The position numbers and the translations under genes were made by a program. The notes beneath the pieces were generated by a model. That model had not been told where the DNA came from, searched no databases, and saw nothing but the letters and a program-made list of their open reading frames with translations. A DNA stretch of 64,000 nt from Acidobacteriota bacterium (lineage in GTDB: Bacteria; Acidobacteriota; UBA890; WLXD01), in the NCBI GenBank assembly GCA_965248695.1, contig CBDFKD010000002.1, positions 5,664,001 through 5,728,000 of the forward strand, read 5' to 3'. Positions 59,691 through 64,000 of this stretch are shown here, piece by piece. Position 1 is the stretch's first letter. Each line of letters starts with the position of its first letter.

Positions 59691-62489
59691 ATGTCCCCTG
59701 ACAAGAACCCGCCTCCCGGCTCCAGCGCCTCGCAGACGGTGGATCCCTCTCCACGCGGGGCTCAGGCCAGCAGGAAGCAGTCAACGGCAAAGAAGCGCAA
59801 AGCCGCTAAGAAACGCGCCGGCCTGAGCTTCACGCGTTACTACAGCACCGAAGGCGTACACCCCTACGACGCCGTCGAGTGGGAGCGTCGCGACGCCGTC
59901 ATCGAAAGCCATTCGGGAGGCTTGGTTTTCGAGCAGGCGGACGTCGAGTTCCCGGTGTCCTGGAGCCAGCGCGCCACAAACATCGTGGCGTCGAAGTACT
60001 TCCATGGCCAGCTCGGTACACCGGATCGTGAATCGAGCCTCAAGCAGCTGATAGGCCGTGTCGTCGGTGCCATGACGCAGTGGGGAATCGATGGGGACTA
60101 TTTTGCCAGCGACGAGGATGCCGAGGTCTTCTCGGATGAGCTGACGCACCTGCTACTGCATCAGATGGTGGCGTTCAACTCGCCGGTTTGGTTCAACATC
60201 GGCGTCGCGGGCGAGCGCCAGCAGGCGTCCGCCTGCTACATCAACCACGTCGCGGACAAGATGGAATCGATCCTCGACCTGGCGAAGACGGAAGGGCTGA
60301 TCTTCAAGTTCGGATCAGGCGCGGGCGTCAACCTGTCGCGACTACGGGGGTCCACCGAGCATCTGTCGGGGGGCGGCATCGCGTCCGGGCCGGTTTCGTT
60401 CATGAAGGGGTTCGACGCGTTTGCCGGGGTGATCAAGAGCGGTGGGAAGACCCGCCGCGCCGCCAAGATGATCATCCTCGATATCGATCACCCGGACATC
60501 GTCGAGTTCATCGAGTGCAAGGGGGCAGAGGAGCGCAAAGCCTGGGCGTTGATCAGCGCCGGCTATGACCCGTCGCTCGACGGCGAAGCCTATGCCTCGG
60601 TGTTCTTCCAGAACGCCAACCACAGCGTGCGCGTATCGGACGCGTTCATGGAAGCAGTGGAGAACAACGCCGACTGGACCACTGTGGGGCGCGTCGAAGG
60701 CAAGCCGGTCGGGTCACACAAAGCCAGAGAGCTGCTGCACAAGATCGCCAACGAGACCTGGCAGTGCGGCGACCCCGGGATGCAATACGACGACACCATC
60801 AATCGCTGGCACACCTGCAAGGCCACCGATCGGATCTACGGGTCGAACCCGTGTTCCGAGTACATGTTCCTGGATGAAACGGCCTGCAACCTGGCGTCGC
60901 TCAACCTCCTGCAGTTTCAGCAGGAGGACGGCACATTCGACGTGCAGAGCTTCCGCAAGGCGGTCGACACGGTGTTCACGGCGATGGAGATCGTGGTCGG
61001 TTACGCCGACTACCCGACCGAGAAGATCACCAAGAACTCACACGACTACCGGCCGCTGGGGCTTGGCTACGCCAACCTCGGTGCCCTGCTGATGCACCAG
61101 GGGCTGCCCTACGATTCCGAGGAAGGGCGCACCTACTCTGCCGCCATCACCGCGATCATGACTGGTGAGGCATACGCGCAGTCGGCGCGCATCGCCGAGG
61201 TGAAGGGTCCGTTTGCGGGCTACCCGGCGAACACGGAAGCGATGATCGGCGTGACCCGCATGCACCGCGACGCGGCGTACGACATGGACGACGCTTCGCT
61301 TCCGAGCTCGATGTCGCGCGCTGCGCGACATGTCTGGGACCGCGCAGTGGATCTCGGAGAGGAGCACGGTTACCGCAACTCCCAGGCGTCCGTGCTCGCT
61401 CCGACAGGAACGATCAGCTTCATGATGGATTGCGACACCACCGGTGTTGAGCCCGATCTGGCGCTCGTGAAGCACAAGCGCCTGGTCGGCGGTGGCACGC
61501 TCAAGATCATCAACGAATCCGTACCGGCGGCGCTGCGCAAGCTGGGCTACAACCGCGACCAGGTCGAGCGGATCGTCGAGCACATAAACACGACGAGCAC
61601 AATCGAAGGATCGGCCGATCTCAGAGACGAACATCTGCCGGTTTTCGATTGCGCCTTCCGGCCACCGAACGGCGACCGCTCGATCCACCACTCCGGCCAC
61701 CTGACGATGCTGGCGGCAACGCAGCCGTTCATCTCCGGCGCCATCTCGAAGACCATCAACATGCCGGCAGACACCACCGTCGATGACGTCGGCGATGCCT
61801 ACATGGAGGCGTGGAAGCTGGGGCTGAAGGCAGTCGCGATCTACCGCGACGGGAGCAAGCGGTCGCAGCCGCTGGCGACGACCGCCTTGCAGTCCCAGGG
61901 CCAAGCAGCAGAACCGGGCGCCCCTGTCCGGCGCCGGCTTGCCGATGAGCGCAATTCGGTCACCCACAAGTTCTCGATCGCCGGCCACAAGGGGTACATC
62001 ACCGTGGGCCTGTACGAGGACGGGCAACCGGGCGAAGTGTTCATCACGATGGCGAAGCAGGGCTCAACTATTTCGGGCCTGATGGATTCCTTTGCCAGCA
62101 TGACCTCGTTCGCCCTGCAGTACGGAGTACCGCTCCGGTTCCTGGTGCAGAAATGTGTCAACGCCCGATTCGAGCCGTCCGGCTACACGGGCAATCCGGA
62201 AATCCGGTTCGCGAAGTCGATAACGGACTACATCTTCCGGTGGATGGCGGGCCGTTTCCTGACCGAAGCCGAGCGCCAGCAACTCGGACTCGGTAGCGAG
62301 GAAGCGGCCGCACCAGCGCCGATGGAAGCAACCGACGTGAACACGACCACCAGCACGGCGACGGCCGACGTTTACGGCTTCGTCCCGCCAACGGACGCAC
62401 CCCTGTGTGCCGAGTGCGGGTCGCTCATGGTCGCCAACGGAAGTTGTCACAAATGCATGAACTGCGGATCGACCTCGGGGTGCTCCTGA
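59691..62489 (+). CDS. nrdJ: Class II adenosylcobalamin-dependent ribonucleotide reductase
   Basis: FNSPVWFN, SACYI, GGKTRRAAKM, SNPCSE, RPLGLGYANLG, APTGTISF, YRDGSK; C-terminal TSCPD-like domain and Zn ribbon CAECG..CMNCG..GCS. Confidence 0.96.
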   Translation: MSPDKNPPPGSSASQTVDPSPRGAQASRKQSTAKKRKAAKKRAGLSFTRYYSTEGVHPYDAVEWERRDAVIESHSGGLVFEQADVEFPVSWSQRATNIVASKYFHGQLGTPDRESSLKQLIGRVVGAMTQWGIDGDYFASDEDAEVFSDELTHLLLHQMVAFNSPVWFNIGVAGERQQASACYINHVADKMESILDLAKTEGLIFKFGSGAGVNLSRLRGSTEHLSGGGIASGPVSFMKGFDAFAGVIKSGGKTRRAAKMIILDIDHPDIVEFIECKGAEERKAWALISAGYDPSLDGEAYASVFFQNANHSVRVSDAFMEAVENNADWTTVGRVEGKPVGSHKARELLHKIANETWQCGDPGMQYDDTINRWHTCKATDRIYGSNPCSEYMFLDETACNLASLNLLQFQQEDGTFDVQSFRKAVDTVFTAMEIVVGYADYPTEKITKNSHDYRPLGLGYANLGALLMHQGLPYDSEEGRTYSAAITAIMTGEAYAQSARIAEVKGPFAGYPANTEAMIGVTRMHRDAAYDMDDASLPSSMSRAARHVWDRAVDLGEEHGYRNSQASVLAPTGTISFMMDCDTTGVEPDLALVKHKRLVGGGTLKIINESVPAALRKLGYNRDQVERIVEHINTTSTIEGSADLRDEHLPVFDCAFRPPNGDRSIHHSGHLTMLAATQPFISGAISKTINMPADTTVDDVGDAYMEAWKLGLKAVAIYRDGSKRSQPLATTALQSQGQAAEPGAPVRRRLADERNSVTHKFSIAGHKGYITVGLYEDGQPGEVFITMAKQGSTISGLMDSFASMTSFALQYGVPLRFLVQKCVNARFEPSGYTGNPEIRFAKSITDYIFRWMAGRFLTEAERQQLGLGSEEAAAPAPMEATDVNTTTSTATADVYGFVPPTDAPLCAECGSLMVANGSCHKCMNCGSTSGCS

Positions 62490-62830
62490 GCTAACGATCC
62501 GCGGATCTTCTCGCGCAACGCGGTGGGCGGGCCGCACTGGGGTGGGCGGCGGCCTTGCTCACCGCGTTGCCGAGTTTTCGTTATGGACGGGTCGGCCGGG
62601 GCCGGGGGCTGCCTCCCGCCAACGGTCGAGGGCTGCGCTGGCCGACCCGTCTGATCGCCTCTACGAGCCGGCGGCGGTGACGTAACGCCGGCGCGCTTGC
62701 GCGGACCTGATTCCGACGATTGCGGGACGCCACGGCCGCTTGATCCCGTTGCTCCCGGTGGCGCCATCCTGGCCGGCTTGATCTCGCCCGTGAGCCCGTC
62801 CGGCGCTATCGACTTCACTGCTACAGGCCG

Positions 62831-63107
62831 CTAGTGGCCTGTAACAGATGAACGTTGCCTATCGCAGATGGGATTTGCGGGTGAGATCAAGGCGCGGCGA
62901 CAAAGTCGATGCTTGGACATCGTCCAGGAGCCGCAACGCCGAGATCGCCCGCAACTGCCCATCTGTCCGCAGGATGGTGGCGAACTGGGCCCGTCTGCTT
63001 CGTTGCTCCTCCTCGAAGATGGGCAAACATCGTCTCGTCGGAGCGCCTGGCATCCGGGCCCATTTCGCCACCACGATAGGCAACGTTCATCTGTTACAGG
63101 CCACTAG
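62831..63107. mobile_element. MITE (277 bp including CTAG at both ends)
   Basis: Perfect 34-bp inverted repeats CTAGTGGCCTGTAACAGATGAACGTTGCCTATCG (62831-62864 and 63074-63107); two internal hairpins; right CTAG contains the ggt stop. Confidence 0.88.
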
Positions 63108-64000
63108 TAGGCGGCTGCCGCTCCGGATCGGCGACCATCGGCGACCGCCAGCCGGGCGCCGTCCGGATAGATGTAGATGCAATGTGCATCGCCCTGTAGC
63201 CGCGACGAGCCGAGTGAGTGGCCCATCTCCTCGAGTGCCTCGATCGTTGCCGCCGGGAAGCTGCTCTCGAGACGAAGCGAGTCCGGCATCCATTGATGGT
63301 GCACGCGCGGGGCGTCTACCGCCTCCGCAAGGTCGAGGTCGAAATCAACCAGGTTCGTGATCACCCGCAAGACGGTGTTGATGATCGTCTTGCCGCCTGG
63401 TGAGCCGATCAGCGCCAACGGCACACCGTCGCGCGCGAGGATTGTCGGCGTCATGGACGACAGCGGCCGTTTGCCGGGCGCGATCAGGTTCGACTCCGTG
63501 CCGATGTAGCCGCGCGAGTCGGTAACACCGGGCCACTCGTTAAAGTCGCCCATCTCGTTGTTGAGCAGAAAGCCCGTGCCTGCGGCGACGACCTTGGCAC
63601 CGAAGCCCGCCTCGATCGTGTACGTCAGCGATACGGCGTTGCCGGCGGCATCGACGACGGAATAGTGCGTCGTCTCCGGCGATTCGGCCGGCGTCAGGAC
63701 GCCGGCGCCGAGCTCGGCGCTGGCCCGCGCCCGCATCCGAGGAATGTCGGCGGCCAGATCGCGCGCGTACGACTTGGAAGTGAGCCGGTCGATCGGAACC
63801 TCTACGTGATCTGCATCGCCAAGGTGCCTGGCACGATCGAGGTACGCTTGCCGCATCGACTCCGCCAGCAGGTGGATGAGCTGGGGAGAGGTCGGTTCCA
63901 TGGCGCTGAGATCGAACTGTTCGAGAATATTGAGCATCTCGACGAGGATCGTGCCGCCGGAAGACGGCGGGCCCATCGAAACGACCTCGAAGCCACGATA
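63104..64000 (-). CDS. ggt: Gamma-glutamyltransferase, 3' part (partial)
   Basis: PPSSGG, ETTHYSVVD (nucleophile Thr), LNNEMGDF, PGKRPLSSMTP, GSPGG, PRVHHQW. Confidence 0.95.
   Translation of the reverse strand, partial: YRGFEVVSMGPPSSGGTILVEMLNILEQFDLSAMEPTSPQLIHLLAESMRQAYLDRARHLGDADHVEVPIDRLTSKSYARDLAADIPRMRARASAELGAGVLTPAESPETTHYSVVDAAGNAVSLTYTIEAGFGAKVVAAGTGFLLNNEMGDFNEWPGVTDSRGYIGTESNLIAPGKRPLSSMTPTILARDGVPLALIGSPGGKTIINTVLRVITNLVDFDLDLAEAVDAPRVHHQWMPDSLRLESSFPAATIEALEEMGHSLGSSRLQGDAHCIYIYPDGARLAVADGRRSGAAAAY

Noticed and set aside
1-64000. Many long overlapping or antisense ORFs in the track (e.g. 26562-28535, 29086-30399, 12602-13849)
   Set aside because: Shadow frames typical of GC-rich DNA; Arg/Ala/Pro-rich, no motifs, and they overlap well-supported genes.
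1-64000. CRISPR arrays, tRNA and rRNA genes
   Set aside because: No regularly spaced repeats with unique spacers, cloverleafs or rRNA signatures were seen by eye.

Overview
GC-rich bacterial chromosome segment. The MacB-type ABC operon, Ser/Thr kinase-TolB propeller genes, PQQ dehydrogenase and FG-GAP/ASPIC protein suggest an Acidobacteriota-like host (inference). The backbone carries a MacAB-TolC operon plus a glycoside hydrolase lipoprotein, a peptidoglycan-recycling cluster (NagZ-esterase fusion, NamZ, SSS transporter, PfkB kinase), a Grx-TrxR fusion, recD2, a lipA-E1a-E1b-E2-lpdA operon, a NodIJ-like ABC pair, thyA-folA, a ferredoxin, nrdJ with NrdR boxes and a partial ggt. Two integrative elements can be delimited from the sequence alone. 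(1) 33392-46606: 12-bp att repeat, arm-type repeats, an integrase remnant, an HNH gene split by two IS3 elements, and cargo interspersed with kinase-gene remnants. (2) 49666-54813: a decayed prophage-like element with an intact tyrosine integrase, inserted in the 3' end of folA and carrying two paralogous unknown (possibly PAS-like) proteins, each beside a stand-alone HTH regulator. Also notable: both E1 subunits have lost ThDP-binding or catalytic residues while staying in frame, CTAG-targeting MITEs overlap stop codons, and the PagL-like gene has an in-frame amber codon. No rRNA, tRNA or CRISPR was seen. All calls come from manual motif reading; no database search was run.
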